NCBI GenBank assembly: GCA_951406725.2
Contig: OX597829.1
Span: forward strand, 40,982,001-41,046,000
Origin: Octopus vulgaris
Lineage: Eukaryota
Direction: 5' to 3'
DNA: 64,000 nucleotides
Positions within the stretch are counted from its first letter, which is position 1, and each line of letters begins with the position of its first letter. Below are positions 12,486 to 27,359 of the stretch, in pieces. The notes beneath the pieces are model-generated. The model had not been told where the DNA came from. It saw only the letters and a program-made list of their open reading frames with translations, and ran no database searches. Made by a program: the position numbers and the translations under genes.

Positions 12486-13530
12486 GAGCCAGTCGTATTG
12501 ATTCTCTTTCTGTACCCGCTAAAGTGTACATCTCCCGTTTTGTTGTGGCCTGCATATCCATGTAAATCTCACACAACCACATTCTGTTTTGGTGACATCG
12601 GTACTCACATGGTACCTCTACGGTGCTATAATGCTGGAGACGGGCTTTGGGTCTATACCTCAGTAGATGTGGCCCTTGTGTGTCCGTCACCGCATTTACT
12701 GCAACACGAATCAGTGGACATGTCTGCGTGTCTGTGCGGTAGGGTGCACCTACACATCAAGTCGCCCCACTTCGCTCTCAGTTTTAAAGGCAAGGCACAC
12801 TCTCATATATGCAACTTCTATGATCGGTGAAAACCGTACCGTTTCATACGCCAACCAAAACTTATTTCAGTTTCTCCTTTGAACGCATCTCGAAAACACT
12901 CTTGACATTTTTTTCACAGACAAACGTATGTTACTTGTCCTTTTTCGTTTCCCTTTTTACAATAAAATCATCAGACAAAGAAACAGGTTTCATAAATTAT
13001 CTATCCCACATCTTTACTGAGAGTTAACCCATTTTCAGAATTACTTTTTTGCATACAACAATGGCAAATGATTTACTGCCATTTTGCAGCTTTCTCTAAT
13101 GTCTTTTTTTTTTCTTTTTTTTATTGGGGAAATTGTCATTTTTCTTTTCTTTCTGTATAGTACAAAGTCTGTGTTTGCTTGATTAAGTGTTATTATCATT
13201 TTTTTTTTTTCTGTTTGTCAAATTTTCTTTCTAAATTCATGTAATTTTTGAAAACCTGTTGATAATTTCCTAGAGGCGTGTTCACCAGACGTAGAAGAAA
13301 ATGTTCTTACTCAAGTGAGCGAATATTAAAAAATGTCCAGCAACAAACCGTTTTTTTTTTTTTTTTGTTTCTTTGCTTTTCTAAAGTAATCGGAGTGGAA
13401 TTGGTGCACTTGGCACAACAACCAGACTACTACTTAAGAGACCGGAAGACATTAGATTTGAACCTCGCATAGTCGGCCTGCGGAAAAGTGCAATCTGCAT
13501 GTAATATTTAATATCTAAAACAACAACAAT

Positions 13531-13775
13531 GGAGGCGCGTGGCTTAGTTGTTAGGGTGTCAGCATCATGATCGTAAGATTGTGGTTTCGATTCATGGACC
13601 GGGCAACGCAAAACACTTCATTTCACGTTGCTTCAGTCCACTCAGCTGGCAAAAATGAGTAACTCTGCGATGGACTGGCGTCCCGTCCAGCTGGGGAACA
13701 CATACGCCATTGAAACCGGGAAACCGGGCCCATGAGCATGGCTAGGCTTTAAAATGGCGCATTTATTTATTATTA
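13531..13775 (+). mobile_element. tRNA-derived SINE family C
   Basis: A-box TGGCTTAGTTGTTAG, B-box GGTTTCGATTC, (TTTA) tail; reverse copy at 22639-22875. Confidence 0.85.
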
Positions 13776-13801
13776 TAACAACAACAACAACAACAATAAT
13801 A

Positions 13802-14088
13802 ATGGTTTCAGATTTTGACACAAGGTTTCGGGGGGAGTAGGAATAAGTTGATTACATCGGACCCCCCAGTATTCAACTGGTACTTATTTTATCGACCCAC
13901 CCATACCCCCGAAAGGATGTATGGCAAAATCGAACTCGGAGGAATTTGAACGCAGAACGTAACAACATACGAAAAGATGAAAAGCAAAGTCGACCTCGGC
14001 AGAATTTGAACTCAGAACGTAACGGCACACGAAATAGTACTAAGCATTTCGCCCGGCGTGCTAACGTTTCTGCCAGCTCGCTGCCTTA
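13802..14088 (-). mobile_element. SINE A-related copy with internal partial duplication and alternative tail
   Basis: Core GAAAG..GATG..GGCAAA.TCGA.CTCGG.GAATTTGAAC occurs twice. Confidence 0.8.
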
Positions 14089-14089
14089 A

Positions 14090-14480
14090 TTCAGTGATTG
14101 CTGTCAGACAATTTCTGCGACTACATCACCCCTAACATCTAGCCACTTAACTACTCAAGACTACAACCCCCTTGATTATTATGTGTGGGGTGCAGCTGAG
14201 CGAGAGACTTACAAATCTCCTTCTAACACCAAAGATGAAGATGAACAGCAGGCAAGGATTGTGGAAGCAGTCACCAACTTAAACAATGAGACCGTCCAGA
14301 AGAGTTGCAGGAAATTCCAAAGTCGTCTGGAGACCGTGGTCGAAGCCAATGGCAATTCTATTGAATAAATTTACTCTATAATATTTCAAGATATTTTTAT
14401 GTAATTTTGGTAAATATATCTGTTAAAATGAGACGTCAGTATTATTCTAATTTTTGCGTGATTTAGACGACAGTTTATTC
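14090..14480 (+). mobile_element. Tc1/mariner-superfamily transposase C-terminal remnant
   Basis: NPLDYYVWGAAERET...VQKSCRKFQSRLETVVEANGNSIE* fits the (SPD)xNPLDY.VWG...RLEAVVEANG C-terminus; upstream motif broken by a stop and frameshift. Confidence 0.85.
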
Positions 14481-14863
14481 ACAAGAAAGTATTTAAAATC
14501 GTTGATATTTGGTGGTTCACGTAGTATGTTAAACGACAACCACCAAAAACCTTTTGAATGTTATCAAAGCTTGTTCTTGATGTTGCCTTAAACGAAACAT
14601 TCTAATGTTTTGACGAGATAATATTTCAGGTTCTGTTGTTGCCTCGTATTTCTCTGACTGGATATCGTTTCACGTCATACTTAGATTTCTGTTTCCATAA
14701 CGGTTCTGGGGTTTCTTTGCTGGGTATCATATCAACTTAACAATTTCTGTCTTGTTAGCTCATATAGTCATATAGAAGAATTTATGTGGATTCTTTACAA
14801 AAGCGTGGATTTCAGAAAAGTCTTTCTCATTTGTTACACCGTGTCAATCTATTGCTTAAAGCT

Positions 14864-15015
14864 TGTATGTATGTATGTATGTATGTATGTATGTATGTAT
14901 GTATGTATGTATGTATGTATGTATGTATGTATGTATGTATGTATGTATGTATGTATGTATGTATGTATGTATGTATGTATGTATGTATGTATGTATGCAT
15001 GTCTGTATGTATGTA
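14864..15015. repeat. (TGTA)n microsatellite
   Basis: Direct reading. Confidence 0.97.
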
Positions 15016-15154
15016 TATATAAATATATATATATATATTAATACATATATAAATATAAATACATACATATATTTTTAAAAACATATACGCATACATATAT
15101 ACCTATACACATACATATGTTTATAGAAATTTATATATCTTCAATATTTATAAC

Positions 15155-15635
15155 TAGCTTCCTACCTCTTCTCTACATGCTGTTTACAAAGATTACAGTC
15201 TGCAGACTATCTAAATACCTTGGTGACCAATAGTAGAGACGGCATGAAAGATTCCGCAAGAACTACAGAACGATAGATCACATAGACACTCTAACACAGC
15301 ATATAAAACGAGGGAAAGAATACAAGATGCTCCTGTGCATCAATTTCGTCGACTTCGATGACTTTGAAATGAACTCAGTGTTGAAATCTCTGGAGATTCA
15401 AGGAATCGAAACCTAATACACCCAGCTGTTCTGGAATACAAACTGCGGATGCACCACCGATTTATTTCTACTATTGCTAGGTGAGAAGAGTGTCAAAGAA
15501 GGAGTTATCAACTCTCCAAAGCCCTTCACCGTTTGTCTAGTAATGCTCATCAGAGACATTACCTAGACACATAGCCTGGGCTACTATAACACGCCTCCCA
15601 GTTCACAGATATCATTGCGTTCATCATCGAAAGCA
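15155..15635 (+). mobile_element. RTE-clade LINE reverse transcriptase remnant
   Basis: FRKNYRTIDHIDTLTQ...KEYKMLLCINFVDF; SVKEGVINSPKPFTVCL (cf. GVRQGDTISPKLF); LQFTDII (cf. LRFADDI). Frameshifted. Confidence 0.8.
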
Positions 15636-15636
15636 C

Positions 15637-15703
<67 letters not shown>

Positions 15704-15712
15704 ATAGATAGG

Positions 15713-15744
<32 letters not shown>

Positions 15745-15747
15745 GAG

Positions 15748-15818
<71 letters not shown>

Positions 15819-15856
15819 CAGATAGATAGATAGATAGATAGGCAGATAGATAGATA
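15637..15856. repeat. (GATA)n/(GA)n microsatellite
   Basis: Direct reading. Confidence 0.96.
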
Positions 15857-15973
15857 TTAGTATATATTTACCATATACATAACAAACACTGAAAGTGGCC
15901 GTGCTTTACCAGTAAGCTACCAGGTGTAAAACGTTTTAATATCTAATATCTATGCACACGCGCGCGTGCGCGT

Positions 15974-16007
<34 letters not shown>

Positions 16008-16379
16008 TATTATTGTTAAAGCTGTAATTTATTATTCTAGGCTGTAGTTTCCGGCTCGGAATTTCTGGAACCACCGTTGAGACTGGCTTACACTTATTGT
16101 CCGATCCCCATATACTGCATTAATATTCCTTGCACTTTTTGTTGCCTTTATTGAACTCATAAAGCAAAATATGCCGAATATGCTCCTTTGTCACTTCCAT
16201 TATAGCTTTGAAAAAAATAACTATTAAGATCGGACTGCACTCTTCAAAACTTACACTAAGAATAAGTGTTAGGTAATATTACTACCTGGTTTTATAGCAA
16301 GTTGATGCAGGTAGTTTATCCCGTCCTCCTCCGACTTTTATTGAAAAAACCGCATTATTTATGGGATGACCCAGTATAT

Positions 16380-16600
16380 GAGCTGGCAGAGACGTCAGCA
16401 CGCCGGGCGAAGTGCTTCGCGGTATTTCGCCCGTCGCTACGTTCTGAGTTCAAATTCCGCCGAGGTCGACTTTGCCTTTCATCCTTTCGGGGTCGATAAA
16501 TTAAGTACCAGTTACGCACTGGGGTCGATGTAATCAACTTAATCCGTTTGTCTGTCCTTGTTTGTCCCCTCTATATTTAGCCCCTTGTGGGTAATAAAGA

Positions 16601-16602
<2 letters not shown>
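16380..16602 (+). mobile_element. SINE family A monomer
   Basis: Homology to other copies; ends AATAAAGAAA before (TA)n. Confidence 0.9.
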
Positions 16603-16644
<42 letters not shown>

Positions 16645-16647
<3 letters not shown>

Positions 16648-16948
16648 ATAAATATTAGGGAATAAATCCAAATTTACAGGGAAAAATCAGATTTAGGATT
16701 GAATCCAATTTTATAGTAAAATATTATATTATATTAAATTAGAGACAAAACCACTATTATGCAAATCAAACAAAGAAAGACTTAAGCCAATACATAAAAT
16801 AATTTATATAAATTAAATTTAATTAAAATAATTAAAATAATTAAATTTAATTAAATTTTATTTATATAAATTATTTTATGTATTGGCTTAAGTCTTTCTT
16901 TGTTTGATTTGCATAATAGTGGTTTTGTCTCTAATTTAATATAATATA
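16645..16948. repeat. AT-rich fold-back element between (TA)n tracts; ~89-bp inverted arms 16725-16813 / 16860-16948
   Basis: GAGACAAAACCACTATTATGCAAATCAAACAAAGAAAGACTTAAGCCAATAC and its exact reverse complement. Confidence 0.9.
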
Positions 16949-17437
16949 TATATATATATATATATACACACGCACACGTGTGTGTGTGTGTATCTATATA
17001 TATACATTGTATTCCATTGCTGTTCATATTGTATTTATCATCCTACCAGCGGATTTTTGTCGATTTTTCTGCAAGGGTTATATCTACCACGTGGATTATT
17101 CATTTGTCGCCATACGCCGGAATATCTGGTGTATACTTTAATTTATTCTTCCAGCTGTCTTCTGTGTCGCTACCTTCTGTCTTTTGTAACGATTCGTTGT
17201 TTACTCAAGCTATTTTTATGACTACACAAACATATAAGAAATTATTTTAAATGGGTAACTGAATTAGGTATTGTAATGCAGTTTATTATACGTCTTTGTT
17301 TGCTGCTCATAAACTCCTTTAATCTATGTTTGTCTTTAAAAGTGGGTTTCTTGGAACACCTGTCTACAAACTGAAATTGAAGTTACTTCAGCCTCTTGCT
17401 CATATTTCAACAATCTCTAGATAAAATTTGATGCTAC

Positions 17438-17868
17438 GGATCTTTTCGGTTTGAACGGCAGTTTTTTCTAGCGGTGTCATATGAAATTGTCACCCATAAT
17501 TATAACCCTAGTATCGATCTATTGCATTTCAATCTGTTTTAGGGTTAGGGTTAGAGTTAGGGTTAGGGGTGGGGGAAGGGTATGTTTTTTTTCTTCAGAA
17601 ATGTAAATAAACCCAATCTGTTTCTTAAACGAGGGACATATTCATACGACACAGAATGTTTTCACCTCAATAGACGTCAGTGATTGGTTGAAATTGCAGA
17701 AATTGAAGAAAAAAAAACAACAAATATCTTACAAACTATAGAATTTTCTCAATAAAGCCAAGAGAAAAAGATGTTTTATAAACACATTCTACCAGTATAC
17801 GAAGTTTAAAAGTGTTTAGTTACCTGGAAATTATTTAAAAAAAACTGCCGGTCAAACCGAAAAGATCC
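17438..17868 (+). mobile_element. MITE (GGATC-TIR family), second copy
   Basis: Same TIRs and interior; TSD GATGCTAC at 17430-17437 and 17869-17876. Confidence 0.93.
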
Positions 17869-18046
17869 GATGCTACTTCATGTCCTGCACTTACGAAAAG
17901 TAACCGAAACCCAACAGACTCAGAATGTCAGAGAGGCTGTCGCTGGAGAAATATGGTGACCGGAAGCGATAATCTACATTTTCACTGTTAATATTGCTCT
18001 TGCTACACTCATCAATAGCTGCCCTTGTGGCAAAATTTGAAACCAT

Positions 18047-18345
18047 TATTATAACCTGCGCCTTAGTGACGGCGGATGTATTGTTTTTCAGTTGTGTTTG
18101 TTTGTTTGTCTGTCAGTGGACAAGATATCTCAAGAACTGCTGGACCGATTCGGATGAAATTTTCAGGGATGTTTGGCCTCGGGGCTGGCACGAACTGATT
18201 AGAGTTTGGGATCGATCCGGTACCCGACAAGGATCCTGGATTATTTTTCCCTATTTTTTTACTTAATTTTTGAGAACGATCGGGTTCATTTCTAGTATTC
18301 TCGTTTGTGAGAGCAGTCGAGTTTATTTCTGATACTAGCTGACCA
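18047..18345 (+). mobile_element. DINE-1/Helentron-like non-autonomous element (5' part)
   Basis: TTATAACCTGCGCC..GGCGGATGTATTGTTTT short inverted motif, (GTTT/GTCT) microsatellite, then GATATCTCAAGAACTGCTGGACCGATT..GATGAAATTT: the DINE/HINE layout. 3' end not defined. Confidence 0.6.
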
Positions 18346-18472
18346 CGTGCCGTCAATAATGGCGGCTTAGTGTAGTATTTTATATATAAATAAGGTACAA
18401 GATAAGGTACATAATAATCACTTATACAAACATTCACGTACCTCCCTTATAGACGCACACACATACACACAT

Positions 18473-18887
18473 ACTCTTTTACTCTTTTACTTGTTTCAGT
18501 CATTTGACTGCGGCCATGCTGGAGCACCGCCTTTAATCGAGTAACTCGACCCCGGGACTTATTCTTTTTGTAAGCCCAGTACTTATTCTATCGGTCTCTT
18601 TTGCCGAACCGCTAAGTAACGGGGACATAAACACACCAGCATCGGTTGTCAAGCAATGCTAGGGGAACAAACACAGACACACAAACATATTCACACACAC
18701 GCATATATATATATACATATATACGACGGGCTTCTTTCAGTTTCCGTCTACCAAATCCACTCACAAGGCATTGGTCGGCCCGGGGCTATAGTAGAAGACA
18801 CTTACCTAAGGGGCCACACAGTGGGACTGAACCCGGAACCATGTGGTTGGTTAGCAAGCTACTTACCACACAGCCAAACCTGCGCCT
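18473..18887 (-). mobile_element. tRNA-derived SINE family B, full length
   Basis: Head GGCGCAGG..TGGCTGTGTGGTAAG..GGGTTCAGTCCC, internal (TA/TG)n, tail (AAAGAGT)n. Confidence 0.92.
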
Positions 18888-19084
18888 ATATATATACTCA
18901 CCAAAAGTTGAGACGTTGATGTTTTTTTTTACACCCCTTCCTTCCTTATTCATTTATCAGCCCTTCCTTTTTCTCATTGCTATTACTTTCTCTCACTCCC
19001 TCTCAGTCAGGGCTATTACTCTCATTACTTCTCTTTCACTGAATGACTATTTTTTCTCCTCTTCCGCGTCCGGTGTAGTTTTGG

Positions 19085-19311
<227 letters not shown>

Positions 19312-19757
19312 TTATATTATATAGAGGGCATTATTACACATAAATGCCTCACACTAAGAGGGACATAAGTCATTTCTACCAAAAATTTCCCTAATCATAC
19401 CCAATGCAGTTTTTCAAAGCAAGACATTTAAAAAATGAATTTAGTCCTATATAACCTGTGATTTCGCACTCACCGCATAAAAATTTGCGTCCATGCTCAT
19501 CGGTAGAACTGATTCTGAACACATCATAAATAAACTACCAGCACTGTCGAAGTCGAACAGCCAACTGCTCTTACTAACGAAGCACATGGAGAAGTTTATA
19601 AATCATATATCCGGTAAATGGCGGGCTTTTTTTTTGTATATATATATACAAATATATAAAAATACTACGCTCATTATTACATTAGGAGATTCTCATTTTA
19701 AAAGTTATTTCTGGCTAACCGTTGAGTGCTCTCTGAGTGCTCTTGTTGTTGTTGTTG

Positions 19758-19798
<41 letters not shown>

Positions 19799-20199
19799 GA
19801 GTGAGAGAGTAGTGCATGCCATCAAAGTGACACTGGGGTAAAATATACGAAGCCCAATATACCCATCATGACTACCCGTCTGATAAGGGTACACCAGGCA
19901 CATGCATCACAACCATATGTGCGCGACATGGTGATCTCATATCAAGATAAACAGCACATGACCTTGCAGGTGGGGCCCAGTTAGAATTTTCTTCAGGTTG
20001 AGTAGCCCATCCCGCTCAAGCGGTCCCTGAATAAGGGTTGTTTAAGGATGTTGAAAGAACCACCCATGTTTTCAGAGGTGAATTATTCAAACCCCAAAGA
20101 ATTCCTCTCAACACATGGCTATGATGCTCCCCCACTACTTCTGCTCGTGATCAGAGATGCACATATCGTCAGCCACTAAGGGACATGCTCAACTGGTTA
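19799..20199 (-). mobile_element. (AAT)n-embedded non-coding element, copy 1 (401 bp)
   Basis: Four high-identity copies in the window, all flanked by (AAT)n on both sides and sharing one end (CTCTCACTC|AAT). Strand inferred from the shared end. Confidence 0.85.
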
Positions 20200-20263
<64 letters not shown>

Positions 20264-20281
20264 GTTGTTGTTGTTGTTGTT

Positions 20282-20316
<35 letters not shown>

Positions 20317-20320
20317 TATT

Positions 20321-20721
20321 GAGTGAGCGAGCAGAGCATGCCATCAAAGTGACACTGGGGTAAAATATACGAAGCCCAGTATACCCATCATGACTACCCG
20401 TCTGATAAGGGTACACCAGGCACATGCATCACAACCATATGTGCGCGACATGGTGATCTCATATCAAGATAAACAGCACATGACCTTGCAGGTGGAGCCC
20501 AGTTAGAATTTTCTTCAGATCGAGTAACCCATCCCGCTCAAAAGGTCCTTGAATAAGGGTTATTTAAGGACGTTGAACGAAACACCCATGTTTCCAGAGG
20601 TGAATTATTCAAACCCCAAAGAATCCTTCTCAACACATGGCTATGATGCTCCCCCACTACTTCTGCTCGTGATCAGAGATGCACATATCGTCAGCCACTA
20701 AGGGACATGCTCAACTGGTTA
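20321..20721 (-). mobile_element. (AAT)n-embedded element, copy 2 (401 bp)
   Basis: Same endpoints as copy 1, with scattered substitutions. Confidence 0.85.
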
Positions 20722-20761
<40 letters not shown>

Positions 20762-20776
20762 GTTGTTGTTGTTGTT

Positions 20777-20845
<69 letters not shown>

Positions 20846-21495
20846 GTTGTTGTTGTTGTTGTTGTTATTGTTGTTGTTATTATCATTATTATTATTATTA
20901 TCATCATCGTTGTCGTCGTCAGTCATCAACGTCGCCATCATTACCTCTCCTGCTTATGTGCCAGTGAAGAAATTGTAACACTCACTTTGCAGCATCAATT
21001 TCTAGGTTAATTAGCCAATATGTTCTGTTGCTATGTATTTCAATATAGTCCGCGTGGTTGAGCAATTCGCTGTTCTGTTCAATTTGTAATCTCTGCATAT
21101 TTGTTTCTCTAGTGTCTCTACATTGATCGGTTGCCTGGCGTTGAAGCAATTATGACGGACTTAAAGTAGTAGCATCTGACAGCTTTTAAATTAATTTTTT
21201 TTTTTTTTTGTCCACCTTGTAGTTTGTCTCAGTTTCTTATGGCGAACTACTCAGACAACAGTAAGTAAAGAGGTGTCATCCAATTTAATGCATGGAGTAT
21301 TACAGACTAAAGAGAATCATATATATACACGGCAAGAGAAAAAGGAAGCAACTACAAATACTGGTCGATTTTTGACACTTGAATGAAACAACATATGAAT
21401 GCAGATATGGCAGATATGAGCTGTGCGGTTAGGTGATTTGTTTCGCACATAAATGGTTCGGGTTCACTCTCAAAGTGCAGCACCTTATTCTGTAT

Positions 21496-21911
21496 CTATT
21501 TCTTTATTGCCCACAAGGGGCTAAGCACAGAGAGGACAAACAAGGATAGACAAACGGATTAAGTCGATTACTTCGACCCGAGTGCGTAACTGGTACTTAA
21601 TTTATCGACCCCGAAAGGATGAAAGGCAAAGTCGACCTCGGCGGAATTTGAACTCAGAACGCAACGGCAGACGAAATACCTATTTCTTTACTACCCACAA
21701 GGGGCTAAACACAGGGAGGACAAACAAGGACAGACAAACGGATTAAGTCGACTACATCGACCCCAGTGCGTAACTGCTACTTAATTTATCGACCCCGAAA
21801 GGATGAAAGGCAAAGTCGACCTCGGCGGAATTTGAACTCAGAACGTAGCGGCAGACGAAATACGGCTATGCATTTCGCCGAGCGTGCTAACGTTTCTGCC
21901 AGCTCACCGCC
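21496..21911 (-). mobile_element. SINE family A dimer
   Basis: Junction GACGAAATACCTATTTCTT near 21670-21688. Confidence 0.92.
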
Positions 21912-22221
21912 AGAATGAAATCATTCGGCCGCGTGTGGAAGCTCGTCGAAAGAGCAGTATTGAATGGTGGACTTAATCCGTTTGTTTCTGCACTACCATT
22001 TGGTCCTTGATTGCCTTAACGGAATCCGCTCTGTTGTGAGAATTCGAGCCAGATCTCTCGTCTGAGAATAATTTCCTTTCTCAATTCTCGGTGATTCTGA
22101 AAGAGGTGATGGGCGTTAGATATTGTTCTCTGATTAAACTATACGATCATAAAGTTTTGCTTCTACGGCATCTTCGACTCTTAGCGAAACATTCACCACA
22201 CGTACGCACATACATGTGTGC

Positions 22222-22386
<165 letters not shown>

Positions 22387-22399
22387 AGTGAGTGAGTAA

Positions 22400-22620
22400 G
22401 GCGAGCTGGCAGGATCATTAGCACGCCGGATAAAATGCTTAGCGGTATTTCACCTGCCGCTACGTTCTGAGTTCAAATTCCGGCGAGGTTGACTTTGCTT
22501 TTCATCCTTTTCGGGATCGATTAAATAAGTACCAGTTAAGCACTGGGGTCGATGTAATCGACTCAATCCCTTTGTCTGTCCTTGTTAATCCCCTCTATGT
22601 TTAGCCTCCTTTGGGCAAAA
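22400..22620 (+). mobile_element. SINE family A monomer, diverged
   Basis: Homology to other copies. Confidence 0.87.
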
Positions 22621-22638
22621 TATATATATATATATATA

Positions 22639-22874
22639 AATGCGCCCTTTTAAACACTATCCAGGCTCATGAGCCCGGTTTCTCGATTTCAATGGTGTAT
22701 GTGTTCCCCAGCTGGACGGGACGCCAGTCCATCGCAGCGTTACTCATTTTTGCCTGCTGAATGGACTGGGGCAACGTGAAATGAGGTGTTTTGCTCAAGA
22801 ACACAACGCGTCGCCCGATCCAGGAATCGAAACCACAATCTTATGACACCCTAACCACTAAGCCACGCGCCTCC

Positions 22875-22875
<1 letters not shown>
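22639..22875 (-). mobile_element. SINE family C
   Basis: Reverse complement of 13531-13765. Confidence 0.85.
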
Positions 22876-23146
<271 letters not shown>

Positions 23147-23755
23147 ACATATAAATATGTGTATATATACATTTAAGGACATGCACGCATGCAAACACAC
23201 ACGCACACGTGCACATGCGCGCGCGCGCATTTGCCGACGTAGAAAAATTCAGTAATTGCGAAATTACGTTCGAGATACCGTCAATATATTAGCTGTGGTG
23301 ATGCCTACTTCTCTATAATTTATAAACTGAACGTGATCTTAAAATAATTTAAAGCCTTAAGTATGTGGCCTGCTCAATCAACCTTCGTAATATTGGTTTC
23401 TGAAAGGTTGAACGCTTCAATCTTGTATAAGATGGTCTTAGGCGGCTTCTTTGATGACAAACAAAACATCAAAGATGTAAGGTGCCATTTTCTGAAAGTC
23501 GAGGAAATTAAAACCGTATTCTGTGAACTTCGTAGTTAAAGACGCAACTCAACAACAACATTACCGTATTGAATTGGGAAGAACGTGTCGTGTCCGATCC
23601 CGAAAATGCTTTTTTTTAATTTTATTCTCAGGTACAGACATGGCTACGTGGTAAGAAGTTCAAACTACATGATTCCGGATTCCGTCCCATTTGTAAGGCA
23701 CCTTGGGCAAATATCATTTACTACTACTATTACTACTACTACTACTACTACTAAT

Positions 23756-23858
<103 letters not shown>

Positions 23859-24332
23859 GTCTTGGTATAAAAGATGGGCTACAGCAAATATTCTGCTCAA
23901 TACCATAGATTTGCTTGTCAGTTGTTTGACCATAACCAGTTGAGCATATCCCTTAGTGGCTGACGATATGTGCATCTCTGATCACGAGCAGAAGTAGTGG
24001 CGGAGCATCATAGCCATGTGTTGAGAGGAATTCTTTGGGGTTTGAATAATTCACCTCTGGAAACATGGGGGTTCTTTCAACATCCTTAAACAACCCTTAT
24101 TCAGGGACCTTTTGAGCGGGATGGGCTACTCAACCTGAAGAAAATTCTAACTGGGCCCCACCTGCAAGGTCATGTGCTGTTTATCTTGATATGAGATCAC
24201 CATGTCGCGCACATATGGTTGTGATGCATTTACCTGGTGTACCTTTATCAGACGGGTAGTCATGATGGGTATATTGGGCTTCGTATATTTTACCCCAGTG
24301 TCACTTTGATGGCATGCACTGCTCTGTCACTC
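23859..24332 (+). mobile_element. (AAT)n-embedded element, copy 3
   Basis: Reverse complement of copies 1/2 plus about 70 bp more at the variable end. Confidence 0.85.
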
Positions 24333-24339
24333 AATAATG

Positions 24340-24427
<88 letters not shown>

Positions 24428-24429
24428 TG

Positions 24430-25126
<697 letters not shown>

Positions 25127-25159
25127 TAATAATAATAATAATAATAACAACAACAACAA

Positions 25160-25308
25160 CATTGAAAAATACCTTAGGAATGAGAACACAGGTTCAAAAT
25201 TTCCGCAAGACACATGCTGAAGGCTGGATGGTATATCAGCCGAAACGTTGTGTTAACAACAAACAAGATGAGGACAAATATCCGTTAAATGTAAATAATG
25301 TAAATAAT
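25160..25308 (+). mobile_element. Short retroelement end with degenerate minimal hammerhead fold and (TGTAAATAA) tail
   Basis: GACAC-ATGCTGAA-GGCTG..CAGCC-GAAA-CG-TT-GTGTT at 25209-25254. Confidence 0.55.
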
Positions 25309-25892
25309 TAACGAAGATACTTCCACAATGTAAACTATTTATGAAGCAGGTGGTTTACATCTAAAGTAAATTTGTGAAAGAGAGTATGGGTAATGTTGCA
25401 TGAAGTTTAACCCGAGAATAAGTAAGATTGTTTGAGAATGTTAGTTTACCATGGTGGACAGTTTCTGGTTGTACAAAAGACATGTTTGACAATATCTTAA
25501 TATGCTTGAAACAGCAACCTCAGGATGTGTGTTCTGTTTGACATATGTAGAAGAGATAAAAGATTTCGTAAATATAAACAATGACCATATCTGTTTGCGA
25601 AATTCAAATAATCATTACGAAATGAGCGTTACTTAATTCAAAATTATTATACGAGACTGTCGGGCGTGAAGATTTTGTTTTCTTTTACTTGGTGATGACA
25701 TCAAATTAACCAAAAAGGTTTTCGATTTAACAAAAGGGTTTTCGAAAAAACTAGCAGCATTGTTGTATGTTCTATTGGTATGTTCTTAAAAAGGGTTTAC
25801 CTCTAGAGAACTAGAGAAGCGTCAGTTGTATTGTAATATCTTAGTTTATCACTGACATATTCACAAAAACAAAATTGAAATTATGAGCATAT

Positions 25893-26084
25893 AGGCGCAG
25901 GTGAGGCTGTGTGTAGGCGCAGGCGTGGCAGTGTGGTGAGAAGTTTGTTTACCAACCACGTGGTTCTAGGTTTCAGTCCCATTGCGTAACACCTTGATAC
26001 TTGAGCAAGTATCTACTATTATAGCCTCGCGCCGACCAAAGCCTTGTGAGTGGATTTAGTTGACGGAAATCGAAAAAATCCCGT

Positions 26085-26135
<51 letters not shown>

Positions 26136-26340
26136 GTACACACACACACACTCATATCTGTGTGTGTGTGTGTGTGTTTATGTCCCCGGAACTTAGCGGT
26201 TAGCAAAATAAACCAGTAGAATTAGTGTCAGTTTTTTTTTTAAAATAGTTAGTACAGGGGGCCATTCGACCGACTAAAATTCTTCCAGACGATGCCCCAG
26301 CATGGCCGTAATCTTATGACTGAAAGAAGTAAAAGATAAA
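25893..26340 (+). mobile_element. SINE family B, diverged, with duplicated 5' end
   Basis: TAGGCGCAGG..GTGTG occurs twice at the start. Confidence 0.85.
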
Positions 26341-26755
26341 ACAATATTCTATAACAATGAGCAATCTGAAGACGTAAGAAATTGTAATAACTTGATAGAA
26401 AAATTATTGAACATCACATGTTATACAGAAATTTGGAAGGACCTCCAAGCTGAATATGGAATGATTTACAATATCACTAATGAGTTCATGGGTTAAGGAA
26501 TGGGCGCATGTTCAAGCACTTCCAAGATTGAAAAGAATGCGTCAAACACTTCCCGAGTGTTAAAAACATTCCTAGATGCCAAAATGTGGTTATCTGATTT
26601 GGTATGATTTAGTCTGTTTCACTATGCAACATAAATTATGAAAGTTTTGAATTGCCAGATCTAAATCAAGTTATTATCTCCCTTCTTTACACGATCAAGA
26701 GCTGCAACTGTTAGTAACAAGTGAAAAATATAATGAATTAAAATAAAGACTGAAA

Positions 26756-27359
26756 GCGGCGAGCTGGCAGAATCGTTAGCACGCCGGGCGAAATGCGTAG
26801 CCGTATTCCGTCTGCCGTTACGTTCTGAGTTCAAATTCCGCCGAGGTCGACTTTGCCTTTCATCCTTTCGGGGTCGATTAAATAAGTACCAGTTACGCAC
26901 TGGGGTCGATGTAATCGACTTAATCCGTTTGTCTGTCCTTGTTTGTCCCCCCCCCTATGTTTAGCCCCTTGTGGGTAGTAAAGAAATAGGTATTTCGTCT
27001 GCCGTTGCGTTCTGAGTTCAAATTCCGCCGAGGTCGACTTTGCCTTTCATCCTTTCGGGGTCGATTAAATAAGTACCAGTTACGCACTGGGGTCGATGTA
27101 ATCGACTTAATCCGTTTGTCTGTCCTTGTTTGCCCCCCCCCTATGTTTAGCCCCTTGTGGGTAGTAAAGAAATAGGTATTTCGTCTGCCGTTGCGTTCTG
27201 AGTTCAAATTCCGCCGAGGTCGACTTTGCCTTTCATCCTTTCGGGGTCGATAAATTAAGTACCAATTACGCACTGGGGTCGATGTAATCGACTTAATCCC
27301 TTTGTCTGTCCTTGTTTCTCCCCTCTGTGTTTAGACCCTTGTGGGTAGTAAAGAAATAG
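26756..27359 (+). mobile_element. SINE family A trimer
   Basis: Two invariant junctions; AAAGACTGAAA on both flanks as a likely TSD remnant. Confidence 0.92.

Noticed and set aside
12498-12830. 110-aa ORF in non-repetitive sequence
   Set aside because: No recognisable motif, non-ATG start and no supportable splice structure.
26756-27359. CRISPR-like repeat array
   Set aside because: Units are ~180-bp contiguous SINE bodies with no unique spacers or cas genes, in eukaryotic DNA.
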